Source of the DNA: Candidatus Woesearchaeota archaeon
Lineage (GTDB): Archaea > Nanobdellota > Nanobdellia > Woesearchaeales > 0-14-0-80-44-23
Direction: 5' to 3'
DNA length: 64,000 nt
Assembly (NCBI GenBank): GCA_038874135.1
Contig: JAVZCZ010000001.1
Coordinates: forward strand, 608,001-672,000
Shown here: piece by piece, positions 9,033 through 18,644 of the stretch
Numbering within the stretch: the first letter of the stretch is position 1
Layout: each line of letters opens with the position of its first letter
The notes under the pieces: model-generated
The model's database searches: none
Told to the model about the DNA's origin: nothing
The model's input: the letters and a program-made list of their open reading frames with translations, nothing else
Translations under genes and position numbers: made by a program

Positions 9033-9926
9033 TCAGAACTGGACCTTCATAAAATCGTGAGCGCAGCTTGAATTTGGAAAATACAGTTTTGCCTCTTCAA
9101 GTATTGGTGTTATGTCAGCGTATCTCTGACTGAAGTGTGTCAGAATCAGTTTCTTAGAGCCTGCAGATGCTGCTATTGTTGCAGAGTCCTTCGCAGTCAA
9201 GTGGGTGTATTCGTAGGCCTTCTCATCCAGCCGGCTTTCAAAAGTTGCTTCTGAAATTAGTATGTCAGCATTTTCTGCTATTTTGAGACAGTTGTCGCAT
9301 AATCCAGTGTCTGAGATATATCCGAGAATCCTTCCCTTTCTTATATGGGTTACTTGTGAAGGAAGTATCTTTTTTCCGTTTAGAATTATGCTTTTTCCAG
9401 CCTGGAGTTTTCCCAGCAGGGGCCCTTCTGGAATCCCGAGCTTTTTAGCTCTTTCTACATCTACCTTTCTTACATCCTTTTCTATAAATCTGAATCCGAG
9501 ACAGGGTATTCTGTGCTCCAGAGGATGGGCTTCAAGGATGTAGTCTTCGCTTTCATAAAATTTTATCTTTCTTATGTCAGTAACCTCTACATCTATCTTG
9601 TTAATAAAGTCAAATATGCTGAAGAGCATCTTAATGTTCTTCTTAGTTCCAGGAGGCCCGAATATTCTCAGCTTTTTTTCGTAGTTGTTTGCAGCCATTG
9701 TTTGCAGCAGTCCTGGAATTCCCAGGGTGTGGTCTCCATGCCAATGGCTTATCAAGATCTTGGTTATCCTGTTAGGATTTATCCCGGCAATTTTGAGCTG
9801 CCTCTGAGTGCCCTCTCCGCAGTCAAAGAGTATGCCTTCTTCTTTGAACGAGAGGAAGAATGCAGAATGGTTTCTGTCCCGTGTAGGCACCATGCTGGAT
9901 GTGCCTAAAAATGTTATTTCAGCCAT
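9033..9926 (-). CDS. rnz: Ribonuclease Z
   Basis: LGTS..P, FDCGEGTQ, SHWHGDH, exosite IPEGP, LTHFSQRY. Confidence 0.96.
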   Translation of the reverse strand: MAEITFLGTSSMVPTRDRNHSAFFLSFKEEGILFDCGEGTQRQLKIAGINPNRITKILISHWHGDHTLGIPGLLQTMAANNYEKKLRIFGPPGTKKNIKMLFSIFDFINKIDVEVTDIRKIKFYESEDYILEAHPLEHRIPCLGFRFIEKDVRKVDVERAKKLGIPEGPLLGKLQAGKSIILNGKKILPSQVTHIRKGRILGYISDTGLCDNCLKIAENADILISEATFESRLDEKAYEYTHLTAKDSATIAASAGSKKLILTHFSQRYADITPILEEAKLYFPNSSCAHDFMKVQF

Positions 9927-9944
9927 TCTTTTTCTCCTTACAGT

Positions 9945-11264
9945 TTAAGGCAGCAGCCTGTCTGGTTCTCTTGGGAAGAGAACTGCCTCTCTTATGTTGG
10001 GAAGTTTCAGTATTGCCTGAGTTAGCCTTTCAATTCCTATTGCGAAGCCCCCGTGGGGCGGCGCTCCGTATCTGAAGAATTCAGTAAACCATTCCAAATT
10101 CTTAGGATTAAGACCCTTCTCTCTGACCTGAGCCATAAGCACTTCATATCTGTGCTCCCTCTGTCCTCCCGAGCTGAGTTCAAGGTTTCCATAGTTCAGG
10201 TCTATTGAGCGCGCCCACTGAGGTTCAGAATCAACTCTCATTACATAGAATGGCTTTATTGAAAATGGGAACCGGTTTATGAAGTAGAAGTCTGAATCAT
10301 ATTCCTTTTTTACATATTTTGCCAGTAGTTCCATTGCTTCTGCATCCAAATCTGTTTCTGGAGGCAGATTCTTTCCCATGCTTTCAAGTATCTTATAAAC
10401 TTCAGGGAACCTTATCTCAGGGAAAGGCGCCTTTGGAACTTCTAGGTTAACATTTAAAATTTCAAGCTCACTTTTGCATTTACTTAATATGTTTCTTATT
10501 CCAGCTCGTATTATCTCTTCTTCCAATCTTTCAAGCTCAACCTCATCACTTATGAATGCCTTCTCCACTGCGCAGGCTCTATGTTCGCAGAGATGCTTTA
10601 CAGTATGCGACTTTTCAGCTCTCCAGTTTGGTCCAAGGTCATATATTCTTTCAAGCCCTCCCGCTATTGTTAGCTGTCTGTGAAGTTGAGGGTCCTGTCT
10701 CAGGTATGCTTCCCTATCGTAATATTTTATTCTGAAAACCTCTGCGCCCGATTCAGAAGCAGCTCCCATTATACACGGAGTAAATATGTGCATGAATCCA
10801 TTCTCATCCAAGTATTTTGTTATTCCCTGCACCAGTGTTGATTCTATTTTGAATATTGCAAGATTCTTTGGCTTTCTGAGATCTATGCTTCTGTAGTCAA
10901 ACCTTTTTGAAAAGCCAGTTTCAATGTCCCGCTCAACTACTGATATGGGTAGTGGTTCAGCTCTTGAGAGCACTTCAATTCTTTTTATGTGAACTTCACA
11001 TCCAGCTCTTGCTATGCTGCTCTTTTTAACTATGCCTTCAACTCTTATTGAAGTTTCCTGAGAAATTTTTGATACGGTTTCAAAAGTTTTCTCATCTAAA
11101 TCTTCTTTTAATGCTACAAGTTGGGCAGTTCCTGAGAAGTCTCTGAATACTATGAATATTATTTTTTTTATATTCCTTATCTCTTGAGCCCAGCCCATTA
11201 GCAGTACGCCTTTTCCATCCATCTCAGGAGTGATTTCTGAGGCAAATGTTCTTTTCATTTCCAT
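9945..11264 (-). CDS. aspS: Archaeal-type aspartyl-tRNA synthetase
   Basis: OB-fold anticodon domain, motif 2 WRAEKS, ELSSGGQR, YGAPPHGGFAIGIERL, FPREPDRLLP. Confidence 0.93.
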   Translation of the reverse strand: MEMKRTFASEITPEMDGKGVLLMGWAQEIRNIKKIIFIVFRDFSGTAQLVALKEDLDEKTFETVSKISQETSIRVEGIVKKSSIARAGCEVHIKRIEVLSRAEPLPISVVERDIETGFSKRFDYRSIDLRKPKNLAIFKIESTLVQGITKYLDENGFMHIFTPCIMGAASESGAEVFRIKYYDREAYLRQDPQLHRQLTIAGGLERIYDLGPNWRAEKSHTVKHLCEHRACAVEKAFISDEVELERLEEEIIRAGIRNILSKCKSELEILNVNLEVPKAPFPEIRFPEVYKILESMGKNLPPETDLDAEAMELLAKYVKKEYDSDFYFINRFPFSIKPFYVMRVDSEPQWARSIDLNYGNLELSSGGQREHRYEVLMAQVREKGLNPKNLEWFTEFFRYGAPPHGGFAIGIERLTQAILKLPNIREAVLFPREPDRLLP

Positions 11265-12011
11265 TCAATTCACCTTTTCAAGTATTTCAACCTTGCACTT
11301 GCATAGCTCTTTGAACTTCTGAGCGTCCTTTTCTGAGCCAACTATTGCTCCATAGTGTATAGGCACTGCAATTTTAGGCATCATTACACTTGCAGCTTCA
11401 GCTGCCTCTTCAGCATTCATGGTATATGTTCCCCCGACAGGTAGGAAGGCTACATCTATGTCTTTTATTTCTCTCATTTCAGGTATGAAATCAGTGTCCC
11501 CGGCGTGGTAAATCTTGTGTCCCTTTATATCTAAGACATAGCCTACCCACTCGTTATCTTTGGAGTGAAACATTTTTGCTATGTTGTATGCGGGCACAGT
11601 GCTTATTGAGAGCCACGGCATGTTTGCAATTTTTACATCCTTGTTCGGGCTTACTATTTTTATTGAGATGTTTTCCACCTTTCTCAGCTGGCTGATGCAG
11701 TCTGAAGTTGCTATAACGATTGTTCCATTTTTTACTATCTTCTTTATGTCCGCTATGCTGCAGTGGTCATAATGCCCATGAGTTATTAATATTAAATCTG
11801 CTTTTTGTATTGCGTCTATCTGATAAGGGTCTATGTATATGGTTCTGTTTTCAGCCGTTATCCTCACAGCGGCGTGTCCAAGCCATTCTAAATTTATGTC
11901 TTCCAGCTTAATGTCTTTCATATTGCTCAGCCCCCCTGTTTTTGAATTCTTACAGCCAATAAAAAGCATACAGGTTATAAGTAGTATTATTATTGTTATC
12001 TTTTTTGACAT
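11265..12011 (-). CDS. Metallo-beta-lactamase-fold hydrolase (UPF0173/UlaG-like), possibly a lipoprotein
   Basis: WLGHA, THGHYDH, YHAGDT, PIHYG; ATG 12011 directly follows the translin stop and gives the signal MSKKITIIILLITCMLFIGC; alternative start at 11921. Confidence 0.85.
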   Translation of the reverse strand: MSKKITIIILLITCMLFIGCKNSKTGGLSNMKDIKLEDINLEWLGHAAVRITAENRTIYIDPYQIDAIQKADLILITHGHYDHCSIADIKKIVKNGTIVIATSDCISQLRKVENISIKIVSPNKDVKIANMPWLSISTVPAYNIAKMFHSKDNEWVGYVLDIKGHKIYHAGDTDFIPEMREIKDIDVAFLPVGGTYTMNAEEAAEAASVMMPKIAVPIHYGAIVGSEKDAQKFKELCKCKVEILEKVN

Positions 12012-12012
12012 T

Positions 12013-12597
12013 TTAGTTTTTATTTCTAATGGACAGCTGAAGCCCCATCTCTTCAAGGCGTTTTACCTCATATTTTATTCCATCAAACTTCTTTCTCAAC
12101 TCTCCATTTGAAAAGTCAAACTGCATAAGCTCATCATAAATATCTGATACGATTTTTTTAATCTTCAATGCGGTGGAATAGTCCGATTCAGCAGCTGAGT
12201 TTATTGCCTTTCGCGAAAGTTCCCCCACTAGGTCGCATATTCCGAGCAGATAGTGTTCTGCCATTACATTCAGTTCTTTATGTGTAGGTAGTTTATCCTT
12301 TTCAATTATGCTGTAGAAGCATGCTGCTTCAACATATTCCTGAACTGAGCTTTTGAAGAGTCCAGAATAGAACAGCTCTGGCTGCAATTTAGCACTCTTA
12401 TTCAACTCTTTAAATCTTTTTTCCAACTCTTTAAGTGATGAGGCAGCATTTTTTGAATCTCCACGATGCACTGAGTAAATTACCTTCTTTGAAAGCCGTA
12501 TAAGCTCCCTGCTCTTTGCTATTAGCTCGTCTCTCCTCTCTTCAAACTTGGCAAGTTGTTCTCTCATTATCTTGAAATCTTCACTATTCATTTTCAC
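12013..12597 (-). CDS. Translin/TRAX family (C3PO-like) RNase
   Basis: QEYVEA, YLLGICDLVGELSR, LRKKFD motifs. Confidence 0.9.
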   Translation of the reverse strand: MKMNSEDFKIMREQLAKFEERRDELIAKSRELIRLSKKVIYSVHRGDSKNAASSLKELEKRFKELNKSAKLQPELFYSGLFKSSVQEYVEAACFYSIIEKDKLPTHKELNVMAEHYLLGICDLVGELSRKAINSAAESDYSTALKIKKIVSDIYDELMQFDFSNGELRKKFDGIKYEVKRLEEMGLQLSIRNKN

Positions 12598-12701
12598 AAC
12601 TTCATATTCTTAGAGTGTTTATAAATTTATTTGTGAAAATCCATATTTTCTGCTATTTTTAATTCCAAAAATATTTATACTAGACTTTTCTTAAAAAAAG
12701 T

Positions 12702-14018
12702 GTGACTTACGATATAATAATAGGTAGGGAAGAGAAGGATAGAGCGAGGCTTGGGCTTCTTGGAACCATCTTTATAGGTAAGCATTACATAAAGATGGGA
12801 CAGACAGTTTCTCTCTCTAATCCAATCTACCTGGATGTGGCAAGAAGCCATGTTGTCTTCATATGTGGAAAGAGGGGCTCTGGAAAGAGCTACACTATGG
12901 GTGTTATTGCAGAGTCAATTGCAGACATGCCTCCAGAGGTATCACAGAATATAGCTGTACTGATGCTAGACACTATGGGGATATACTGGACTATGAAGTA
13001 TCCTAATGAGGCTGAAAGGGCACTTCTTGAGAGCTGGGGGCTTAAGCCAAAGGCGCTTAACATAACCATCTTTACTCCAAAGGGTTATTTTGAAGATTTT
13101 CAGAAGAAGGGCATACCTACAGATAGGCCTTTTTCCATAAAGCCTTCTGAACTCTCTGCAGCAGACTGGTGCACCACATTTGAGATAAACCCTGACGACT
13201 CGGTTGGCGTTTTGATATCCAGAGTGATTTCCGACATGCAGGAGGAGGGGCTTGACTATGATATTGATGAGATAATTGCTAGGCTTCGTTCTGAAGAGAG
13301 TGCATCTCAAACAGTTAAAGATGCTGCTGAGAATCATTTCAGAGATGCCAAGACCTGGGGGCTTTTTGATAAGCAGGGCACTCCTCTTAAGGATTTGATA
13401 AGTGCGGGCAGTGTAAGCGTTTTGGATGTTAGCTGCTATGTTACAAGCCCTTCTGGGAAAAACATTAGGGCATTGGTCATAGGTTTAGTTTCAAAGAAAC
13501 TTTTTATAGAGAGAATGCTTGCGAGAAGAGAAGAAGAATACCGTATGGTCTCTCAGGAAGTGAATTTTTTGGAAGAGGAAAAGACAAAGAAGTTTCCTCT
13601 CGTGTGGCTAATCCTTGATGAGGCGCACGAGTTCCTTCCAAAAGAGGGCAAAACTTTAGCTAGTGATCCACTCATAATTATACTTAGAGAAGGCAGACAG
13701 CCTGGAATTTCGCTAATACTAGCATCGCAGCAGCCGGGAAAGATTCATACGGATGTTATGACTCAGGCAGATATTGTTATAAGTCACAGGCTTACTGCCA
13801 AGCTGGATGTAGACGCATTAGGAATGCTTATGCAGAGCTATATGACTGTCGGGTTGGACAAGGCTTTGAATACTCTTCCAAGAGAGTCGGGAGCTGCAGT
13901 AATCTTTGATGACACTAACGAGAGGATATACCCAATGGCTATAAGGCCAAGATTTTCCTGGCATGGAGGAAAATCTCCGAGTGCTGTCGAGGAAAAAAAG
14001 AAAACTTTTGAATTCTAA
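12702..14018 (+). CDS. HerA/FtsK-superfamily ATPase (DUF87)
   Basis: Walker A GKRGSGKS, Walker B ILDEAH, REGRQPG, ASQQP. Confidence 0.88.
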   Translation: MTYDIIIGREEKDRARLGLLGTIFIGKHYIKMGQTVSLSNPIYLDVARSHVVFICGKRGSGKSYTMGVIAESIADMPPEVSQNIAVLMLDTMGIYWTMKYPNEAERALLESWGLKPKALNITIFTPKGYFEDFQKKGIPTDRPFSIKPSELSAADWCTTFEINPDDSVGVLISRVISDMQEEGLDYDIDEIIARLRSEESASQTVKDAAENHFRDAKTWGLFDKQGTPLKDLISAGSVSVLDVSCYVTSPSGKNIRALVIGLVSKKLFIERMLARREEEYRMVSQEVNFLEEEKTKKFPLVWLILDEAHEFLPKEGKTLASDPLIIILREGRQPGISLILASQQPGKIHTDVMTQADIVISHRLTAKLDVDALGMLMQSYMTVGLDKALNTLPRESGAAVIFDDTNERIYPMAIRPRFSWHGGKSPSAVEEKKKTFEF

Positions 14019-14022
14019 AAAT

Positions 14023-14223
14023 TCATGCCTTTTTGAATCTGGCTATTGTGTCTATGAGCTCAACATGTCCAAGCATTACTGCGCGGCAGCAGTATCTCTC
14101 TAAGCCAAGTGAGTCCAACACCTTTTTTCTGTCCTCTCCGCTACTAACTCTCTTCTCAAATTCTTCCCAGAGGTGTCCTATAGGCTTTCCACAGCTCCAG
14201 CATCTTATTGGAATTATCATCAA
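14023..14223 (-). CDS. rpoN: RNA polymerase subunit N (Rpo10)
   Basis: [12 protein letters not shown]...RYCCR. Confidence 0.97.
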   Translation of the reverse strand: MMIIPIRCWSCGKPIGHLWEEFEKRVSSGEDRKKVLDSLGLERYCCRAVMLGHVELIDTIARFKKA

Positions 14224-14234
14224 TTATCACCTGC

Positions 14235-14633
14235 TTATCTGTATGACTTCTGAACCTTTCCACGCGCGTTGCCGTGTGTATTCGGTTTTCTCGGCTCTCT
14301 CTGTCTTGAATCTGCAACTAGGAGGTGCCTGTCATATCTTAAGAATTGTTCTCTGAGTGCTGAGTTTGCAGCAGACAAAGACTTTGCAATTACCAGCCTG
14401 ACAGCGTCCGCCTGTCCGTTTCTTCCGCCCCCCTTAACATCTATGGCTATGTCATACTTCTTATACGCGTCTCCCGCTAAGATTAGGGGCTCGCATACCC
14501 TGTCGTGCAGCATCTTTTCAGGAAAGAATGCGCCAAGTGAATTGCCATTGACAATTATCTTTCCACTTCCCTCTTTCAGGGTTGCTCTAGCAATTGCAGT
14601 TTTTCTTTTTCCCGAAACGTGAATTATTTTCAT
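14235..14633 (-). CDS. rps9: 30S ribosomal protein S9
   Basis: SGKRKTAIARA, GGG..GQADA, C-terminal QKSYR. Confidence 0.97.
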   Translation of the reverse strand: MKIIHVSGKRKTAIARATLKEGSGKIIVNGNSLGAFFPEKMLHDRVCEPLILAGDAYKKYDIAIDVKGGGRNGQADAVRLVIAKSLSAANSALREQFLRYDRHLLVADSRQREPRKPNTHGNARGKVQKSYR

Positions 14634-15058
14634 CTTGATCCTCCTATATTTTTTGAAAGCTCTGCTACAGTCATGTACTTTTGAGTTGAGAGTTTTGAGA
14701 TGTCTGCTTTTGGAGCTTTTTCAGTTGGTTTTCCTTCAAACTCCCTGGGCACTCCCGAATAGCAGATTATCCTTTTCAGGAGCTCCTTTCCCTTTGCTTT
14801 CTTGTGTTCTAGCATTCCCCTTATTGCTCTTTTCATTATCCATTCGGGACTCCTTCTTAGGAATGGTCCGTGTGCTGGAGTGCCCATGCTCATTTTATGT
14901 CTGTATTTTGAAAGGATATATTCCCTGTTTCCACTTATTATTGCCTTTTCGCAGTTAACTACAACTACCTTATCATGTTCCTTTGCCTTTTCCACAGCAA
15001 ACATTGCAACCCTTCCCATTATTGAGTTTTCAGCATCTATGATTATCATATTTTTCAC
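14630..15058 (-). CDS. rpl13: 50S ribosomal protein L13
   Basis: IIDA..IMGRVA, VNCEKAIISG, RAIRGML. Confidence 0.97.
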   Translation of the reverse strand: MKNMIIIDAENSIMGRVAMFAVEKAKEHDKVVVVNCEKAIISGNREYILSKYRHKMSMGTPAHGPFLRRSPEWIMKRAIRGMLEHKKAKGKELLKRIICYSGVPREFEGKPTEKAPKADISKLSTQKYMTVAELSKNIGGSR

Positions 15059-15411
15059 CCTATCACTTTAATCTCCTTCCCTTCAGGATTCTTTTTGAGC
15101 AGTTCTTCAATGCTCAAAATTTGGGCTCCTGCTCTTTTAAGCTTTTCAATAGCCTCTTTTGAGAAGTTTAATGCTGCTATTGTTATCTTATGCTCAATTT
15201 CTCCCGAGGCGAGAACTTTTCCGGGAACCACAACCACTTCATTTTCAGAGGTTAGTCTGTTCAACTTTGAAAGGTTTACAACCTTTTTCTTTCTAGTAGG
15301 CACGTTTAAGTCGTCAGCCACTTTTTTCCAGACAGGATTTCCAGCGTAGGAAGCCTGCCTGAGCATTTCTATTGTCCTCTTGTATATCTCATTTTTTGGA
15401 CGAATCTGCAT
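15055..15411 (-). CDS. rpl18e: 50S ribosomal protein L18e (start corrected to 15411; the longer ORF runs into the tRNA)
   Basis: VNLSKL, VVVPGKVL, FSKEA. Confidence 0.95.
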   Translation of the reverse strand: MQIRPKNEIYKRTIEMLRQASYAGNPVWKKVADDLNVPTRKKKVVNLSKLNRLTSENEVVVVPGKVLASGEIEHKITIAALNFSKEAIEKLKRAGAQILSIEELLKKNPEGKEIKVIG

Positions 15412-15451
15412 TTGAACTACCTTTTTTTCTTTTTTTATATGCTTACCATGA

Positions 15452-15537
15452 TGCGGGGGACGTGATTTGAACACGCGAACCCACTAAGGGACAAGGCCCT
15501 CAACCTTGCGCATTTGACCAGGCTTTGCTACCCCCGC
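15452..15537 (-). tRNA. tRNA-Leu(GAG)
   Basis: GCGGGGG acceptor, anticodon arm CAAGG-TTGAGGG-CCTTG, long variable arm, TTCAAAT T-loop. Confidence 0.95.
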
Positions 15538-15546
15538 ATTGTGAAT

Positions 15547-16353
15547 TCAATCGTGCTTAGGGAGCCCTTCAACATTTTTTATGAACTCATCAATTTTGGA
15601 GTCTAAAATTTTTGAGGATTCCCTTACGATTTCCTTGCAGGAGAGTTGTCCCCAGCTTTCAATTGTAAATATGAACTCTTTCTCTTTCGGATTTACCCTG
15701 ACGGCTTTTGGCGCTGCTTCTGAGCATGCCAAGCAGAGTGTGCATTCATTCTCTTTTTGCTTATCAATTGAGAGCATTCCTTTATCGTAGAGGAGTATTT
15801 TCTTTGGACAGAGCTTGGCAGCAGTTTCAGCTCCTTCCGCCTTTGGGTTTATTATTTCTATCTCAGGAACAGATCTGTGGTATATAAGGCCAGGGCTCCA
15901 CTTTGCATGTACTTTTCCAATTCCTAGCACGGCAGTTGCTTCAAGTTCCAGCACTTGCCCTTTAAGGAGCTTTGCGATTATCATCTTGGGATGTACCGGC
16001 TTTATGTCCGGATCGCTGGATTTTAACTCAGATGCATAAACATATCCCGGCTCCTTTTTGCTCAGAGTGAATTTTACCTGGCATTTTGGACAGCCCTCGC
16101 CTTTGCAAGTGCACTTTTCAGGCAGGTTGTATGTTTTTAGGTCTGTTGTTAATGGTATGAGTCCAAGCCTGTGTGCTATTATTTCGTCATAAAGTCCTGA
16201 AGTGTTTTTCAGGAAGTGCACGTCCTCAATTGCCATTGTTGGAACTTCTTCAGTGCAGATTCTCCTTATAGCGTTTATGAAAGCAGGAGTTACTCCTCTG
16301 ACTATGAAGCTCATTTTTCCGTCTTTTTCTTTGCTAAGCTGTTCAACCTTCAT
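15547..16353 (-). CDS. rpoD: RNA polymerase subunit D (Rpo3) with Fe-S-type domain
   Basis: NAIRR..EVPTMAI, IAHRLGLIPL, HAKW; CP..CTLCLAC; start corrected to 16353. Confidence 0.96.
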   Translation of the reverse strand: MKVEQLSKEKDGKMSFIVRGVTPAFINAIRRICTEEVPTMAIEDVHFLKNTSGLYDEIIAHRLGLIPLTTDLKTYNLPEKCTCKGEGCPKCQVKFTLSKKEPGYVYASELKSSDPDIKPVHPKMIIAKLLKGQVLELEATAVLGIGKVHAKWSPGLIYHRSVPEIEIINPKAEGAETAAKLCPKKILLYDKGMLSIDKQKENECTLCLACSEAAPKAVRVNPKEKEFIFTIESWGQLSCKEIVRESSKILDSKIDEFIKNVEGLPKHD

Positions 16354-16355
16354 TT

Positions 16356-16781
16356 TCAAACCCTTCTTCCCCTTTTTCCTCCCTTCTTTCTGCAACCATC
16401 ATGAGGTATTGGTGTTACGTCTTCTATTATTCCTATTCTGAGCCCCATTCTTGAAAGAGCTCTTACTGCCGCCTGCGCTCCCGGTCCTGGACTGTTGGGC
16501 CCGTTGTGGCCTCCAGGCGCTTTTATCTTAACATTAATTGCAGTTATTCCTTTTTCCATGGCGATTTCAGCAGCTTTCTTAGCAGCCATCATGGCTGCAG
16601 TTGGGCTTCCCTCTAATCTGTCTGCCTTGACCATCATTCCGCCTGAAACACGCGCTATGCTCTCGCTCCCGGTTATGTCTGTTATGTGTATTATCGTATT
16701 GTTGTATGAGGAGTATATGTGTGCAATTCCCCACTTGATTTTTCTTTCGCTGCTCCTCTTTTCAGGAGTGTTTTCGCTCAT
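16356..16781 (-). CDS. rps11: 30S ribosomal protein S11
   Basis: [33 protein letters not shown]. Confidence 0.98.
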   Translation of the reverse strand: MSENTPEKRSSERKIKWGIAHIYSSYNNTIIHITDITGSESIARVSGGMMVKADRLEGSPTAAMMAAKKAAEIAMEKGITAINVKIKAPGGHNGPNSPGPGAQAAVRALSRMGLRIGIIEDVTPIPHDGCRKKGGKRGRRV

Positions 16782-17347
16782 TTTTTCTCACCGCTGTTCT
16801 TTGGAGCTTCCTTCTTTTTTTCCCCTTTTTTCTGAACATTTCTTTCCGGATGGTCTGGAGAGGCAAATTTTGAGTCCGGTGATATGGTCACCAGCTCCTC
16901 TTCTACTCTTGATACGAGATACCCCGGCGAGGATATCTTTCTTTCACCAACCAATATGTGCCCGTGAGTTATCATCTGCCTAGCTTTTTTTGGAGTATTT
17001 GCGAATCCCTTTCTGTAAACTATTGATTGAAGTCGCCTGTCAAGTATCTTATCTAGCGTTAATGCTAAAGCATCGTCCAGCTGCGGGTTGGGATTTTGTG
17101 TAAATCCCATCTCATAAAGCTTTTTGAGCATTATTGCTCTCTCCTTTTCTGCCTGAATGTTTTTAGCAACTATGAGCTTCTTAGCCTGTTCTGTAAACTT
17201 CCTTAGTACTGCTTCCATTTTCCTAATTTCACGCTTATTCTTCAGCCCATAATTCTTTATCAGTGCCTTCTCAGCCTCTATCCTTTCCGCTTGCCACGGA
17301 TGAATTGGATTCTTGTATTTCTTTCTAAGTCTTCTCGGATCTCCCAT
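16778..17347 (-). CDS. rps4: 30S ribosomal protein S4
   Basis: [29 protein letters not shown]. Confidence 0.98.
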   Translation of the reverse strand: MGDPRRLRKKYKNPIHPWQAERIEAEKALIKNYGLKNKREIRKMEAVLRKFTEQAKKLIVAKNIQAEKERAIMLKKLYEMGFTQNPNPQLDDALALTLDKILDRRLQSIVYRKGFANTPKKARQMITHGHILVGERKISSPGYLVSRVEEELVTISPDSKFASPDHPERNVQKKGEKKKEAPKNSGEKK

Positions 17348-17363
17348 TTTTTATTCACCACAA

Positions 17364-17879
17364 CTACTTCTTTTCCTTCTCTGCAACAGCAGCCTTCGCC
17401 GCTTTTGATTTTATGACGCCAACAACTTTTCCTTTGTTCTTTCTGAAGTGGGATTTAGTGCGCTGTCCCCTAACCGTTAATCCAAGAGGAAGCCTTTGAC
17501 CCCTGTAGGTTTTTATCATTCTAAGGCGTTTTATATCATTCTCCTGAACATACTTGAGGTCGTTTCCGATCAGGTGCATGTCCTCTCCGCTTTCATAATC
17601 TTTTCTCCTGTTGAAAAGCCAAGATGGAATGCCGTACCTTGCAGGACTCCTTATTGAATCATCAATCTTTTTGAGCTGCTCATCTGAAAGTGTTCCAATC
17701 TGTGCGTATGGGTCCACGCCAGCCACTTGGCATACTGCGTTTATCATCATAAAGCTTAGGCCCTTTATCTTCCTAAGCCCATTAACTACCTTCTTGTTTC
17801 CATTTATGTCCGTGTTTGCAATTCTTACGATGTGCTTGAAGTTTTCCTGATGCTTTTGCTCTTTTTCCATTTTAACCAT
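17364..17879 (-). CDS. rps13: 30S ribosomal protein S13
   Basis: IVRIANTDING, IPSWLFNRRKD, GLTVRGQRT. Confidence 0.97.
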   Translation of the reverse strand: MVKMEKEQKHQENFKHIVRIANTDINGNKKVVNGLRKIKGLSFMMINAVCQVAGVDPYAQIGTLSDEQLKKIDDSIRSPARYGIPSWLFNRRKDYESGEDMHLIGNDLKYVQENDIKRLRMIKTYRGQRLPLGLTVRGQRTKSHFRKNKGKVVGVIKSKAAKAAVAEKEKK

Positions 17880-17895
17880 GCCAAAACCGGTTTAA

Positions 17896-17935
17896 CATCC
17901 AGAGAACATTTAAAACCCTAAACGCGCTCTAGATG
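17896..17935 (-). promoter_or_regulatory. Long hairpin in the 5' leader of the S13 operon
   Basis: Minus-strand CATCTAGAG/CTCTGGATG plus GCGTTTAGG/TTTAAATGT; G:U pairs work only on the transcribed strand. Confidence 0.5.
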
Positions 17936-17972
17936 AACTCGGGCTTTTAAGAATGGGAAAAAGAAGCCATAT

Positions 17973-18329
17973 TTAAATCTTTCTGAGACGCCGACTCTCC
18001 TTCTGCTCTTTAAGATAAGGATGCCTCTTAATATTTCCGCAGTTTAGGCAGAAGTAACTGATTCGGCCTTTTCTAAGCCGCACCCTTAAGTTCCTTCCAG
18101 GTATTAATGGGGAGTAGCACTTCTTGCAAAATTTTCCTTTTAGTTCAGTTGGAATTTTTACCTTGTATTTTTGAGATATTCTTAATGCAAGAGCAACATA
18201 TCTTCTGGCTAGAGCAGGATTCTTTTCTGATAGAGAAAGCGTGAGAAGTTCGCTTATCTGCCTTTTCGCATTTTCTCTCACTCCTAAAGGCTTCTCCTTC
18301 CACTGCTGCTTGGTGCGAACTTCTTCCAT
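17973..18329 (-). CDS. rnp4: RNase P protein Rpp21
   Basis: ARRYV.LA, FCKKC..L.PG, CLNCG..KR.PY. Confidence 0.93.
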   Translation of the reverse strand: MEEVRTKQQWKEKPLGVRENAKRQISELLTLSLSEKNPALARRYVALALRISQKYKVKIPTELKGKFCKKCYSPLIPGRNLRVRLRKGRISYFCLNCGNIKRHPYLKEQKESRRLRKI

Positions 18330-18380
18330 TTAATTCTGAAAAAGAAGTAGTATATAAAAAGGTTAAAGAAATATCTCGGC

Positions 18381-18635
18381 CTATTTTCTTATCTTGCAGC
18401 AAATCTTGTCAGCACCGCAGCTCTGTGTTCCTGAAGGAATTTCTATGCTTCCATCAGTAATTTTGCAATTATCAGCAGCTGTACAAGTTCCGCCTAAGTC
18501 TTGGCAGTTGCTTGTTCCCCTTGCAAATATGCTTAGCTTCCCAGTGAAGATTGCAAACAACACTACTAAAACTACGAGCGCTATTATTGCTATTATTATC
18601 ACATTCACGGATAGTTCTACTCCTCTCCTCTTCAT
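18381..18635 (-). CDS. Small type IV pilin-like protein with 6-Cys C-terminal domain
   Basis: KRRG/VELSVNVIIIAIIALVVL class III signal; C-x6-C-x5-C-x15-C-x5-CC. Confidence 0.8.
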   Translation of the reverse strand: MKRRGVELSVNVIIIAIIALVVLVVLFAIFTGKLSIFARGTSNCQDLGGTCTAADNCKITDGSIEIPSGTQSCGADKICCKIRK

Positions 18636-18644
18636 TTTTTCACC

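Noticed and set aside
11000-11200. Assigning AspRS as discriminating or non-discriminating
   Set aside because: Diagnostic positions look mixed (GWAQE; IARAG) and cannot be called by eye
12702-14018. Canonical HerA of the HerA-NurA repair operon
   Set aside because: No N-terminal HAS barrel evident and not adjacent to nurA/mre11/rad50; kept as a generic DUF87 ATPase
15412-15474. N-terminal extension of L18e in the ORF track
   Set aside because: Overlaps tRNA-Leu; the real start is probably 15411
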